Assembly: GCA_964369475.1 (NCBI GenBank)
Contig: CAYJFK010000020.1
Span: 13,370-37,369 of the forward strand
Direction of reading: 5' to 3'
From: an uncultured Oscillospiraceae bacterium
Lineage (GTDB): Bacteria > Bacillota > Clostridia > Oscillospirales > Feifaniaceae
DNA: 24,000 nt
Shown here: piece by piece, positions 7,131 through 14,811 of the stretch
Position numbering within the stretch: the first letter of the stretch is position 1
Layout: each line of letters begins with the position of its first letter
Notes under the pieces: model-generated
Told to the model about the DNA's origin: nothing
Seen by the model: only the letters and a program-made list of their open reading frames with translations
Database searches by the model: none
Program-made: the position numbers and the translations under genes

Positions 7131-7706
7131 CTATAAGCCGAGTTTTTTCGCAACGGCGTCCACCTGACGGGCGACACTCTCCATGTCACCGTCGTTAATA
7201 ATTACATGATCGGCATGAGAAGTGAAAAACTCCTCGCCCTTCTGTGCGGCAAGACGTGCCTCTGCCTGCTCCTTTGTTATACCGTCCCTCTCCATAATGC
7301 GAGAGAGAGATAGCTCGTAAGGCGCAATAACAGCAACGACAGGCCAGCCCCTGCCGCCCTCTATAAATTTTATGGCATCAACAATAATCGCTTTAGCGGT
7401 GCTCTTTTCCTCTATTTCACGAGAGAGTATTCCAAGGTGCTTATAAACAATATCCTCGAGCACCTTCATCTTTGCAGGATCGGCAAATACAATAGGGCCC
7501 AAGACCTTGCGGTTAACTGCGCCGTCCTCGCCTATAATGCCCTCGCCGAAATACTCGGCAAGCTCTGCCGCGCACTGGGTATTAGGGCCTTGCACCTTAT
7601 GTACAAGCTTGTCCGAGTCGATGTGCTCTGCTCCGTGCTTTTCAAAAAGGCGAGCGACGGTGCTCTTGCCGACACCGCTCCTACCCGTTATTCCAAATTT
7701 AATCAT
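7131..7706 (-). CDS. coaE: Dephospho-CoA kinase
   Basis: 191 aa with P-loop GITGRSGVGKSTVA followed by ...IDSDKLVH. Typical CoaE length. Confidence 0.88.
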   Translation of the reverse strand: MIKFGITGRSGVGKSTVARLFEKHGAEHIDSDKLVHKVQGPNTQCAAELAEYFGEGIIGEDGAVNRKVLGPIVFADPAKMKVLEDIVYKHLGILSREIEEKSTAKAIIVDAIKFIEGGRGWPVVAVIAPYELSLSRIMERDGITKEQAEARLAAQKGEEFFTSHADHVIINDGDMESVARQVDAVAKKLGL

Positions 7707-7740
7707 ATCTATCGTTGTCCTTTAGCTCGTATAATAACTA

Positions 7741-8200
7741 TACCCCTGCGCACCCCGCTCCACCGCATGGGGCGATCGGGCGCATCACTTAACATCCGGC
7801 GCCCTGTGGCTTCAAAAACGGGTTCGGATTATATCTATCACCCTACGCAAGCACGGGCGGCTCTGCACGCAAAATGCTTCGACTAAAATTACAGCAGGGC
7901 GCATTTTGCGTGCGCCTTTGCGGCTTAGTGCCGTGCTTATGTCTTTGGTGCTCCCAAAAAAGGAAAGAGAGGTTGCCTTATGCTGTGTGCCCCTTGCCGC
8001 AAAGGCTCTCGCTCCCGCAGGAGCGAGCGAGCCGCCCACCGAGCCCCATGCGGTGGAGCGTGGTCTTGTAGGGGGCAGATGCATGGGGGCGTGCGAAGTA
8101 TACGCACTGAGCATGGGCGCTCTCTGCGACTATGGAGCGAAAGAGGCATATTGCAAAGCTCCATGTGCCGCCATAGGAGAGAGCGAGCATAGTAGGTTTT
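7741..8200. ncRNA. GC-rich, helix-dense non-coding region; candidate large structured RNA or GC-rich inserted element of unknown family
   Basis: All six frames are open (six overlapping 65-100-aa ORFs in the track, none protein-like). Perfect helices: 7756-7773/8043-8060 (18 bp), 7865-7877/7901-7913 (13 bp), 7914-7924/7996-8006 (11 bp). Further helices: 8009-8015/8020-8026, and 8118-8125/8178-8185 enclosing 8132-8138/8159-8165. Two helix extensions are U-G only if read on the + strand. Confidence 0.45.
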
Positions 8201-8229
8201 AGAAAAATCTTATGCCTATCTAATCCACA

Positions 8230-9249
8230 CTACACCCTTATAACTCTATGCCCTGCCGCCTTAATAAGCCTGTTATAAAGAGCAAGGCCAAGACCCTCTC
8301 TTTTTGGGACGGGGCAATATATCTCTGTTGCTCCTATATCGTCGGCAGTCCTAAGTGCGGCAAATATATTGTGAGCCGCCTCGCCAAGATCTCTGCCGAG
8401 CGTTATAACATTATATCCTTCAAAACTTGCCGCATCGCTCTCAAGACAGAGCAAAACGGCATTTTTCTTTGCCTTCATAAAATCCGTCACGGCAGAGGGG
8501 TCACCCTCCACCAAATAGAGCTCCCCCTTAGGGGCATAATGACGATACTTCATTCCGGGCGACGAGGGGATGCTCCCCTTTTCAATCTCCCCCAAAACAG
8601 CACGGTCAATATCAATGCTTCCAATAACTTCCTCTATCTCCTCGGCAGTTACACCACCCGGACGCAGTAGCCTCGGGGGAGATACCGCAAGCGAAAGCAC
8701 GGTCGACTCAAGCCCGACATCGCACTGTCCGCCCTCCAAAATAAAGCCAAGATCCTCCCCAAAATCGCCATCTACATGAAGTGCGGTAGTGGGCGACGGT
8801 CTGCCCGATATATTGGCAGAGGGAGCGGCAATAGGAAGCCCTGCTCGCCTAATTAAATCGAGCGCCACAGGATGCGACGGCATACGCACCGCCACAGTAT
8901 CAAGCCCTGCCGACACAATGTGCGGCACAATGTCGCTCTTTTTCAAAACAAGAGTAAGTGCCCCCGGCCAAAACTTTTGAGTTAAGCTGTATGCCTCTTT
9001 CGGAATATCACAGCACAACATTTCAAGCATCTCTACGCTACTAATGTGCAGTATAAGAGGATTGTCCGACGGCCTGCCCTTTGCCTTATAAATAAGACTG
9101 CAAGCCGCCCCATCAAGTCCATTTGCGCCAAGCCCATATACCGTCTCTGTCGGAAAGGCAACAAGTCCCCCCTCCTTAAGTATATCGGCCGCTATTTCTA
9201 TATTTTGCTCGGTAGGGGGAAATATTCGCCCCCCCTCCATATTTATCAT
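8230..9249 (-). CDS. tsaC: L-threonylcarbamoyladenylate synthase (Sua5/YwlC type, with C-terminal Sua5 domain)
   Basis: 339 aa with the YrdC-domain motif [15 protein letters not shown]...[13 protein letters not shown]. The start overlaps the prfA stop (ATGA, 9246-9249). Confidence 0.88.
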   Translation of the reverse strand: MINMEGGRIFPPTEQNIEIAADILKEGGLVAFPTETVYGLGANGLDGAACSLIYKAKGRPSDNPLILHISSVEMLEMLCCDIPKEAYSLTQKFWPGALTLVLKKSDIVPHIVSAGLDTVAVRMPSHPVALDLIRRAGLPIAAPSANISGRPSPTTALHVDGDFGEDLGFILEGGQCDVGLESTVLSLAVSPPRLLRPGGVTAEEIEEVIGSIDIDRAVLGEIEKGSIPSSPGMKYRHYAPKGELYLVEGDPSAVTDFMKAKKNAVLLCLESDAASFEGYNVITLGRDLGEAAHNIFAALRTADDIGATEIYCPVPKREGLGLALYNRLIKAAGHRVIRV

Positions 9250-10313
9250 GCGTTACCCTCTGCGCCCTTTAGCTTTTCGGCACGATCTGCCGTAATAAGC
9301 GCATCTATCATCTCGTCAAGATCGCCATTCATAAAGGCCTCGAGTTTATATAGCGTTAGAGTAATTCTATGATCGCTAACACGCCCCTGAGGGAAATTAT
9401 ATGTGCGAATACGCTCGCTCCTATCGCCCGTACCGACCTGCAACTTACGCTCTGCCGCAGTCTTTGCGGTCTGCTCCGACTGCATCTTCTCGTATATACG
9501 AGAGCGAAGAACACGCATAGCCTTATCTTTATTCTTGTGCTGACTGCGCTCGTCTTGGCACTCTACAACAATACCTGTCGGCACATGGGTAATTCTAATG
9601 GCAGACTCTGTCTTATTAACATGCTGACCACCCGCACCACCTGCACGGAATGTGTCAATCTCAAGATCGGCAGTGTTAATTTCAACCTCGACCTCCTCGG
9701 CCTCGGGCAAAACGGCAACGGTAACGGTCGATGTGTGAATACGCCCCGAAGACTCGGTATCGGGCACACGCTGAACTCTGTGAACACCCGACTCAAACTT
9801 AAGACGGCTATAAGCCCCCTCGCCCTCTACCATAAAGCTAATTTCCTTAATACCGCCAAGCTCTGTCTCGTTTATAGACATAACCTCGGTCTTAAATTTA
9901 TGGCTTTCGGCATACATGGTGTACATGCGGTAAAGCGAATGAGCAAAAAGTGCCGCCTCGTCGCCGCCTGCACCGCCTCTAATTTCCACAATAACGCTCT
10001 TGTCGTCGTTGGGATCTTTGGGAAGTAGCAAAATCTTTAGCTCCTCAAGGCAGTTCTCGATTGTCTCCTTCGACGAGTGAAACTCCTCCTCGGCAAGCTC
10101 TGCCATGTCAGGATCACTCATAAGCTCCTTTGCATCGTCGTGCGCAGCGACGGCCGCCTTGTACTCCCTGTACTTTTCAACAATGGGAGTAAGATTTTTA
10201 AACTCCCTCATCAGTTCACGATACAAATTCTGATCGGAAACAACATCAGGGTCAGACAACTGACCCTCTATTTCAATATAGCGACTCTCTACCGCCGCAA
10301 GGCTTTCAAGCAT
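9246..10313 (-). CDS. prfA: Peptide chain release factor 1
   Basis: 355 aa with the GGQ motif ([21 protein letters not shown]) and an RF1-type recognition region ([24 protein letters not shown]). Confidence 0.93.
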   Translation of the reverse strand: MLESLAAVESRYIEIEGQLSDPDVVSDQNLYRELMREFKNLTPIVEKYREYKAAVAAHDDAKELMSDPDMAELAEEEFHSSKETIENCLEELKILLLPKDPNDDKSVIVEIRGGAGGDEAALFAHSLYRMYTMYAESHKFKTEVMSINETELGGIKEISFMVEGEGAYSRLKFESGVHRVQRVPDTESSGRIHTSTVTVAVLPEAEEVEVEINTADLEIDTFRAGGAGGQHVNKTESAIRITHVPTGIVVECQDERSQHKNKDKAMRVLRSRIYEKMQSEQTAKTAAERKLQVGTGDRSERIRTYNFPQGRVSDHRITLTLYKLEAFMNGDLDEMIDALITADRAEKLKGAEGNA

Positions 10314-10407
10314 GTTTTAACCATCCATTCTAAAATATATATTATCGCCTGTGCGACAACTTTATAATACTATCTATATCTACCCAAAATATCAAAAAGA
10401 GCAAGCA

Positions 10408-10617
10408 TTAACCAAGTTCTATGTTGCCATCTTCAACCGCTTTACTCTCGACACTCTTAATGCCGCCGACAGCCTTAGACCGTACCATCCAAAGCTCCCT
10501 ACCGCACCCTTCACACTTAAACCGAATGTCCATCCCCGTCCGCATAACAACAAACCGACTACTGCCACAGGGGTGCTTTTTCTTCATAATGCAAATATCC
10601 CCAACATTCAGTATCAT
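10408..10617 (-). CDS. DUF951 family small protein (zinc-ribbon-like)
   Basis: 69 aa. MKKKHPCGS...RTGMDIRFKCEGCGR is the pattern typical of DUF951 (YyzM-like). AAAGGAG RBS upstream. Confidence 0.7.
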   Translation of the reverse strand: MILNVGDICIMKKKHPCGSSRFVVMRTGMDIRFKCEGCGRELWMVRSKAVGGIKSVESKAVEDGNIELG

Positions 10618-10716
10618 AAAAAGTGCTCCTTTTTAGGCAATTACAAATAAACGCTTCTCTGCAATTATATATATTATCATATGTAGGGAAAAAATTCAAG
10701 ATAAATATAATAAATT

Positions 10717-10980
10717 AAGAACTATATAAGTAAGAACTATACTAAGTAATAGGTAATAGTGAAGAAGTAATAACTATGGAAAAAATTGCTTGCGCAATTT
10801 TAATTATATTCGGAGCTAAACCCCAACGGGGTTTAGCGGATAAGCAAAAAAACGCTATGCGACATTTTGTCGCATAGCGTTTTTTACCCTCAAATTGCCA
10901 AAGGCAATTTGATATTTCTAATATAAAAGCGGTAGCTTTTACACCATAGCTCTTACTTCTTACTTATTACTTATTACTTA
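10717..10980. repeat. Heptad-armed foldback element 2: arm - F - G - C - D - E - arm'
   Basis: Arm AAGTAAT AGGTAAT AGTGAAG AAGTAAT AACTATG G (10744-10779), preceded by partial arm duplications. F spans 10782-10801, G 10815-10837, C 10846-10885, D 10891-10911, E 10925-10940. The inverted arm spans 10944-10980 (5 heptads). Confidence 0.85.
10846..10885. terminator. Bidirectional intrinsic terminator (module C), downstream of the ABC operon
   Basis: A7 - CGCTATGCGACA - TTT - TGTCGCATAGCG - T6. Confidence 0.7.
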
Positions 10981-10989
10981 AAAACCCTC

Positions 10990-11631
10990 TCACCCCACAT
11001 CGACTCCTTCCATGACCTTTCGTGAAAGTTTTCTCGAAAAGTAGTGTGCAAGTAGGCATAACGGTAACGATGATATTGCGCCGAGGGAGATCGTTGTTAG
11101 GTCGGCAGACATTTGAAGACCCATAAGACCGCTGTAACCGGCTATCGGGATAAATACCAACAAAAACATTAATATCCTTGTCTTTTCCACACCGTATTTG
11201 TAAAGAATGGGGATCGATACCGCCTGATAAAGTAGGCTGACCGACATTGTTATAAAGATAAGCATTACCCCAACTATCGCTATGTCATATTCAAGCCCGT
11301 ATAGCATGGAATGAATCAAAACAAGCAGAGTGGAAATGCCGCCGCCGACAAATATAGTCAGTAGGCCAAAGCTGTATCTGCCGTCTACAACTTCTTTTCT
11401 TGTTACATTTAAGGTCATAGCATACTTGTTGCCGCCCGACATTGCGTCGTAGCTAAAGGCGGAATATATCTGCGAGCCCAATATAAAGACAAGCACCGAG
11501 TATAAAAATGACATGTCGGTTATTATGCCGATGGCAAGATATACGACCCCGAGAAGCAAAACGGTGTTGAGCGATTTGCTTGAATTTTGCCAATCCTTGA
11601 GCACAAGCCCATTAACTGCTGATTTTCTCAT
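10990..11631 (-). CDS. ABC-2 family transporter permease
   Basis: 213 aa, about 6 predicted TM helices, GGAGG RBS. Last gene of the GntR-ABC operon. Confidence 0.75.
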   Translation of the reverse strand: MRKSAVNGLVLKDWQNSSKSLNTVLLLGVVYLAIGIITDMSFLYSVLVFILGSQIYSAFSYDAMSGGNKYAMTLNVTRKEVVDGRYSFGLLTIFVGGGISTLLVLIHSMLYGLEYDIAIVGVMLIFITMSVSLLYQAVSIPILYKYGVEKTRILMFLLVFIPIAGYSGLMGLQMSADLTTISLGAISSLPLCLLAHYFSRKLSRKVMEGVDVG

Positions 11632-11639
11632 AATTCCTC

Positions 11640-12254
11640 CTAACTCTCCTTTCTCTCGAGCACCCTTGCAGAGAGCCTGCTCGAGAGAAAATAAACAAAA
11701 AGCGACGCCACAAATGCAAGTGGGTTAGACGGGGCAATGTGCGCATCGCCACCAAAGGTAAAAATAGAAACCATAGGAACTAACATAAATAAAAACATTA
11801 AAATTTTTGTGCGCTCTACCCCAAAGCGGTACAAAAAGGGCATTACCAAAGACTGATACAATGTAGCGCTCCATGCGGAGATAAATATAACATTAATGGC
11901 ATTGGATATTGCTACATCATTTGTTATAAAGGACTGAATATAAACCATGGCAATCGATATTAAGAGACCTGTCACCGTCATTACAATCCCATACATATAC
12001 CTTGCCGTTATAATTTCTCGCCGTGTCACATTGAGTGTCATTGCGTAGGTGTCAAACTTCGACAGGCTGTCGAATGTAAAAGAGGTGCTTACCTGCCCTG
12101 CCATTACAAAGACAAGTACCGCATATAAAAAGGTCTCGCCTTGTAAAATGCCTATAACTAAATAGATGCCGCATAGCAAAAGTATAACAAGTGCCGCTGT
12201 TTGCACATTTAATAGCTCCTTTAAAACAAGCCCCCTTATTGCCCTGACCCTCAT
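11640..12254 (-). CDS. ABC-2 family transporter permease (paralog)
   Basis: Start set at ATG 12252-12254 (MRVRAIRGLVLKELL...), overlapping the ATPase stop (TAATG). Its N-terminus parallels MRKSAVNGLVLKDWQ of the paralog. The track ORF start at 12431 is an out-of-frame run into the ATPase gene. Confidence 0.75.
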   Translation of the reverse strand: MRVRAIRGLVLKELLNVQTAALVILLLCGIYLVIGILQGETFLYAVLVFVMAGQVSTSFTFDSLSKFDTYAMTLNVTRREIITARYMYGIVMTVTGLLISIAMVYIQSFITNDVAISNAINVIFISAWSATLYQSLVMPFLYRFGVERTKILMFLFMLVPMVSIFTFGGDAHIAPSNPLAFVASLFVYFLSSRLSARVLERKES

Positions 12255-13099
12255 TATTGCGCTCTCCTTGTGTAGTTGATCATAATGTCCTCGACCGACG
12301 GACGCAGACAGCTCGCCTCGTCTATGCCGACCCCACGAAGTACAAGCGCCTCGACACCAAACGACCCCTCTCTGTGGGAAATAACAGCCTCGCTCGGGAT
12401 TTGCATAAAGCTCTCCACACTCCCCTTCCATATTGCATGACGGTCGAGCAGATCGTCCTTGCCCTCCGAAAGAAGTATCTCGCCGCCATCTATCATTGTT
12501 ATAATGTCGGCAACCTTGTCAAGATCGCTCGTAATGTGGGAGGAGATCAAAATGGCGCACCCCTCGTCCTCTACAATGTCACGCAGAATGTCGAGTATCT
12601 CGTCACGCACAAGGGGATCGAGCCCCGAGGTCGCCTCGTCGAGCAGTAGCAGTCTCGGCCGCCTTGCAAGCACCGTTGCAAGATATAGCTTCATCTGCAT
12701 TCCCCTCGACATCTCCTTTAGTTTTTTGTCAAAGGGTAGCTGAAACCTTTTCATGTAGCTTGCAAATAGCTCGCTGTCCCATGTCGAGTACATTGTCGAG
12801 AGCACCTTCTCTATCTTCTTTGCATTAACTTGATCGTAGAAAAAAGCCCCGTCGAGCACCGTGCCTATCTCCTGCTTAACATCAAACTCGTGCGCTATAT
12901 TGTCACGGCCGAATATCTCGATAGTGCCGCTCGAGCGCTTTATCATGTTAAGTATAAGCTTAATGGTCGTCGTCTTGCCGCTTGCATTTGCGCCAACAAA
13001 ACCCATAATCGTGCCGCCCTCAAGCGTAAAGGAGACATTTTTCAGCTCGAACCCATCGTATTTCTTGCAAACATTTTCAAGTTTTAAAACCACGCTCAT
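12254..13099 (-). CDS. ABC transporter ATP-binding protein
   Basis: 281 aa with Walker A GANASGKTT, signature MSRGMQMKL and Walker B LLLLDEATSGLD. Confidence 0.9.
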   Translation of the reverse strand: MSVVLKLENVCKKYDGFELKNVSFTLEGGTIMGFVGANASGKTTTIKLILNMIKRSSGTIEIFGRDNIAHEFDVKQEIGTVLDGAFFYDQVNAKKIEKVLSTMYSTWDSELFASYMKRFQLPFDKKLKEMSRGMQMKLYLATVLARRPRLLLLDEATSGLDPLVRDEILDILRDIVEDEGCAILISSHITSDLDKVADIITMIDGGEILLSEGKDDLLDRHAIWKGSVESFMQIPSEAVISHREGSFGVEALVLRGVGIDEASCLRPSVEDIMINYTRRAQ

Positions 13100-13476
13100 T
13101 ATTTTTCCTCCCCATCTGTCAAAACCTTTAGCATATCGTGCAAAAGATCCTTCTCTATTCCATACTTATCGGCAATCGCAAGGGCACTCGCCATTGCCGC
13201 CCTTATCTGTTTTATACCCTCTTTGCGCATGTCCTTGGCAGATCCGCCCTTAACAAAACTTCCCCTGCCCACCATGCTCTCTATTATGCCGAGGCGCTCG
13301 AGCTCCTCGTATGCCCTCTTTGTCGTTATAACGCTAACCCTAAGCTCGCTGGCAAGCGCTCTCATGGAGGGCAGTGGGTCGCCCTTCTTTAGCTCCCCCG
13401 ACAAAATCGCAAAGCGTATGCCATCTATAATCTGCTCGTATATAGCACCGCCATCGGGCTTTATTATTATGTTCAA
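13099..13476 (-). CDS. GntR family transcriptional regulator, YtrA subfamily
   Basis: 125 aa. GntR wHTH (LPSMRALASELRVSVITTKRAYEELERLGII) with a short C-terminal region. Its stop overlaps the ATPase start (TAATG). Confidence 0.88.
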   Translation of the reverse strand: MNIIIKPDGGAIYEQIIDGIRFAILSGELKKGDPLPSMRALASELRVSVITTKRAYEELERLGIIESMVGRGSFVKGGSAKDMRKEGIKQIRAAMASALAIADKYGIEKDLLHDMLKVLTDGEEK

Positions 13477-13511
13477 GCAGTGACCTCCCCTCTGTTGTTT
13501 TTGTTGTATTG

Positions 13512-13530
13512 TGTATATACAATATATACA
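13512..13530. promoter_or_regulatory. Candidate YtrA-type operator
   Basis: Perfect inverted repeat TGTATATA-CAA-TATATACA, 36 nt upstream of the GntR start codon. Confidence 0.5.
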
Positions 13531-13612
13531 ATTTGAGAGCCTTTGTCAAGTGCTTTTGAGAAAATTTTTTAAACTGGAAAAATCAGTCAAGCTTATCGTG
13601 GGATTAGTTAAG

Positions 13613-13655
13613 CAGTAACTAAGAAGTAATAAGTATGGCATAAAAGCTCTGCTTT
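13613..13655. repeat. Solo/degenerate half copy of the foldback element (arm + E-like hairpin)
   Basis: AGTAACT AAGAAGT AATAAGTATGG arm-like sequence followed by AAAAGC-TCT-GCTTTT. No matching inverted arm. Confidence 0.5.
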
Positions 13656-13733
13656 TAATTTAAAAATGCCGTGGTATCTTAAAAATATTACTGTACACAT
13701 TTCACAAAAAAATCACACAGTTACAAATAACCA

Positions 13734-13761
13734 TTGAAAAATCCCGAATTTGTGATATAAT
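13734..13761 (+). promoter_or_regulatory. Promoter of the lipoprotein gene (extended -10)
   Basis: TTGAAA (13734-13739), 16-nt spacer, TGaTATAAT (13753-13761). Confidence 0.6.
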
Positions 13762-13817
13762 ATTACAGCGTAACTTTTGAGTTTCGCAAAATAAACAAAA
13801 CGGAGAGATTAAACAGT

Positions 13818-14483
13818 ATGAAAAACATAGCAAAAATCGCAATACTTCTTGCTCTGTGCCTTGTTATGACGGCATGCAGCGGCGGCGGTATAGATGCAGG
13901 CGCTTACATGAACTTAGAGCTGCAATCTACTTACCTAAACAACCACACACAGGAATTTATCGACATGCTTTCGGACGATGTAACGGTAGAAGACCTCGAA
14001 GAAATGTACTATGGCGGCGTAGAGGCTGAGGTAGATTTCTTCCTTGGTTACTATTTGGAAATATACACCGAAATGCTCTCGCAAGAGACAATCGATCGTG
14101 CAAACACACTTTTTGATCAGATCTACACAAACACAAAATACGAAATAGGCGAAGTTCGTGAGAGCGGCTCCAACTACGAAGTAGACATAACAATCTACCC
14201 GATCGACATTATCGAGAAGGTAATAACGGTAGAGTTTGTAACAGAGGCACTCGAGGCAGTCTACTCGCAAGAGGGCGCAGATGAAATGGCAATGGAGGAG
14301 CTCGAGGAGCAGTACACAGACATTATCCTTACAGCCTTAGAAGAAAACTTAGCGGCGATCGGCCACTTAGAGCCTGTAACAATAACAGCCCTAATCATAG
14401 GCGGCGACAGCTACTACGAACTAAACGACACAAGCTGGCAAGAAATCGACACCTACATCATCAGCTACGGCAGTGAGGGTTAA
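13818..14483 (+). CDS. Putative acidic lipoprotein
   Basis: 221 aa with a signal peptide and lipobox (LALCLVMTAC). GGAGAG RBS. The mature part is very acidic. Confidence 0.75.
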   Translation: MKNIAKIAILLALCLVMTACSGGGIDAGAYMNLELQSTYLNNHTQEFIDMLSDDVTVEDLEEMYYGGVEAEVDFFLGYYLEIYTEMLSQETIDRANTLFDQIYTNTKYEIGEVRESGSNYEVDITIYPIDIIEKVITVEFVTEALEAVYSQEGADEMAMEELEEQYTDIILTALEENLAAIGHLEPVTITALIIGGDSYYELNDTSWQEIDTYIISYGSEG

Positions 14484-14484
14484 T

Positions 14485-14811
14485 AAAAATTGCTTTGGCA
14501 ATTTTTAGGTAATAGGTAATAGTGAAGAAGTAAGAGGTAATAGTGAATAAGTAATAAGTATGGTAACTTAATTGCCTTTGGCAATTAAGTATTAAATATT
14601 ATATAGAAAAACCCCAAAGGGTTTTTCTGCCATACCTAGTACTTCTTGCCTAAGTAAAAAAACGCTGTGCGACAATATGTCGCACAGCGTTTTTTTACTC
14701 TCAAATTGCCAAGGGCAATTTGATATGTTTAATATAAAAGCGGTAGCTTTTACACCATAGTTATTACTTCTTCACTATTACCTATTACTTCTTCACTCTT
14801 ACCTCTTACTT
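14485..14811. repeat. Heptad-armed foldback element 3: F - arm(8 heptads) - A - B - degenerate arm' - C - D - E - arm'(8 heptads)
   Basis: F spans 14485-14506. Arm AGGTAAT AGGTAAT AGTGAAG AAGTAAG AGGTAAT AGTGAAT AAGTAAT AAGTATG G (14507-14562). A spans 14565-14589, B 14606-14627, C 14656-14696, D 14702-14722, E 14736-14751. The inverted arm spans 14755-14811. Confidence 0.85.
14656..14696. terminator. Bidirectional intrinsic terminator (module C) between the convergent lipoprotein and comEA genes
   Basis: A7 - CGCTGTGCGACA - ATA - TGTCGCACAGCG - T7. Confidence 0.7.

Noticed and set aside
7118-7189. Extended start of the SLT-domain ORF at 7189.
   Set aside because: It would overlap coaE by 59 nt, and the extra residues are non-hydrophobic filler. 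The ATG at 7117 begins directly with the signal/anchor sequence. The start remains somewhat uncertain because the RBS is weak.
7741-8200. Identification of the GC-rich region as RNase P RNA, tmRNA, SRP RNA, a tRNA or a cobalamin riboswitch.
   Set aside because: The diagnostic strings are absent on both strands: GAGGAAAGTCC / ACAGAA P4, GGGG...TTCGAC plus a T-arm/CCA end, GGAAGCAGC of domain IV, GGTTCGAATCC, and the B12 box GCCACTG. Only weak look-alikes were seen (GGGTTCGGATT, GCCACAGGG).
7812-8202. Six overlapping track ORFs (65-100 aa, both strands) in the GC-rich region. They include 7980-8192 (+), which has an RBS-like AGAGAGG 7 nt upstream.
   Set aside because: All frames are open simply because stops are rare in GC-rich sequence. 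The translations are Arg/Ala/Pro/Cys-rich low-complexity strings with no domain-like pattern. The region is better explained by its dense base-pairing.
9246-9249. Absence of prmC (hemK) between prfA and tsaC as something unusual.
   Set aside because: Gene order around prfA is variable in Firmicutes, and prmC may simply be elsewhere. This cannot be assessed from one window.
12255-12431. N-terminal 59 residues of track ORF 11640-12431 (MEGECGELYANPERG...).
   Set aside because: They overlap the 3' end of the ABC ATPase gene in another frame. The paralogous permease starts at the equivalent MR(K/V)...GLVLK motif, and the ATG at 12254 is coupled to the ATPase stop (TAATG).
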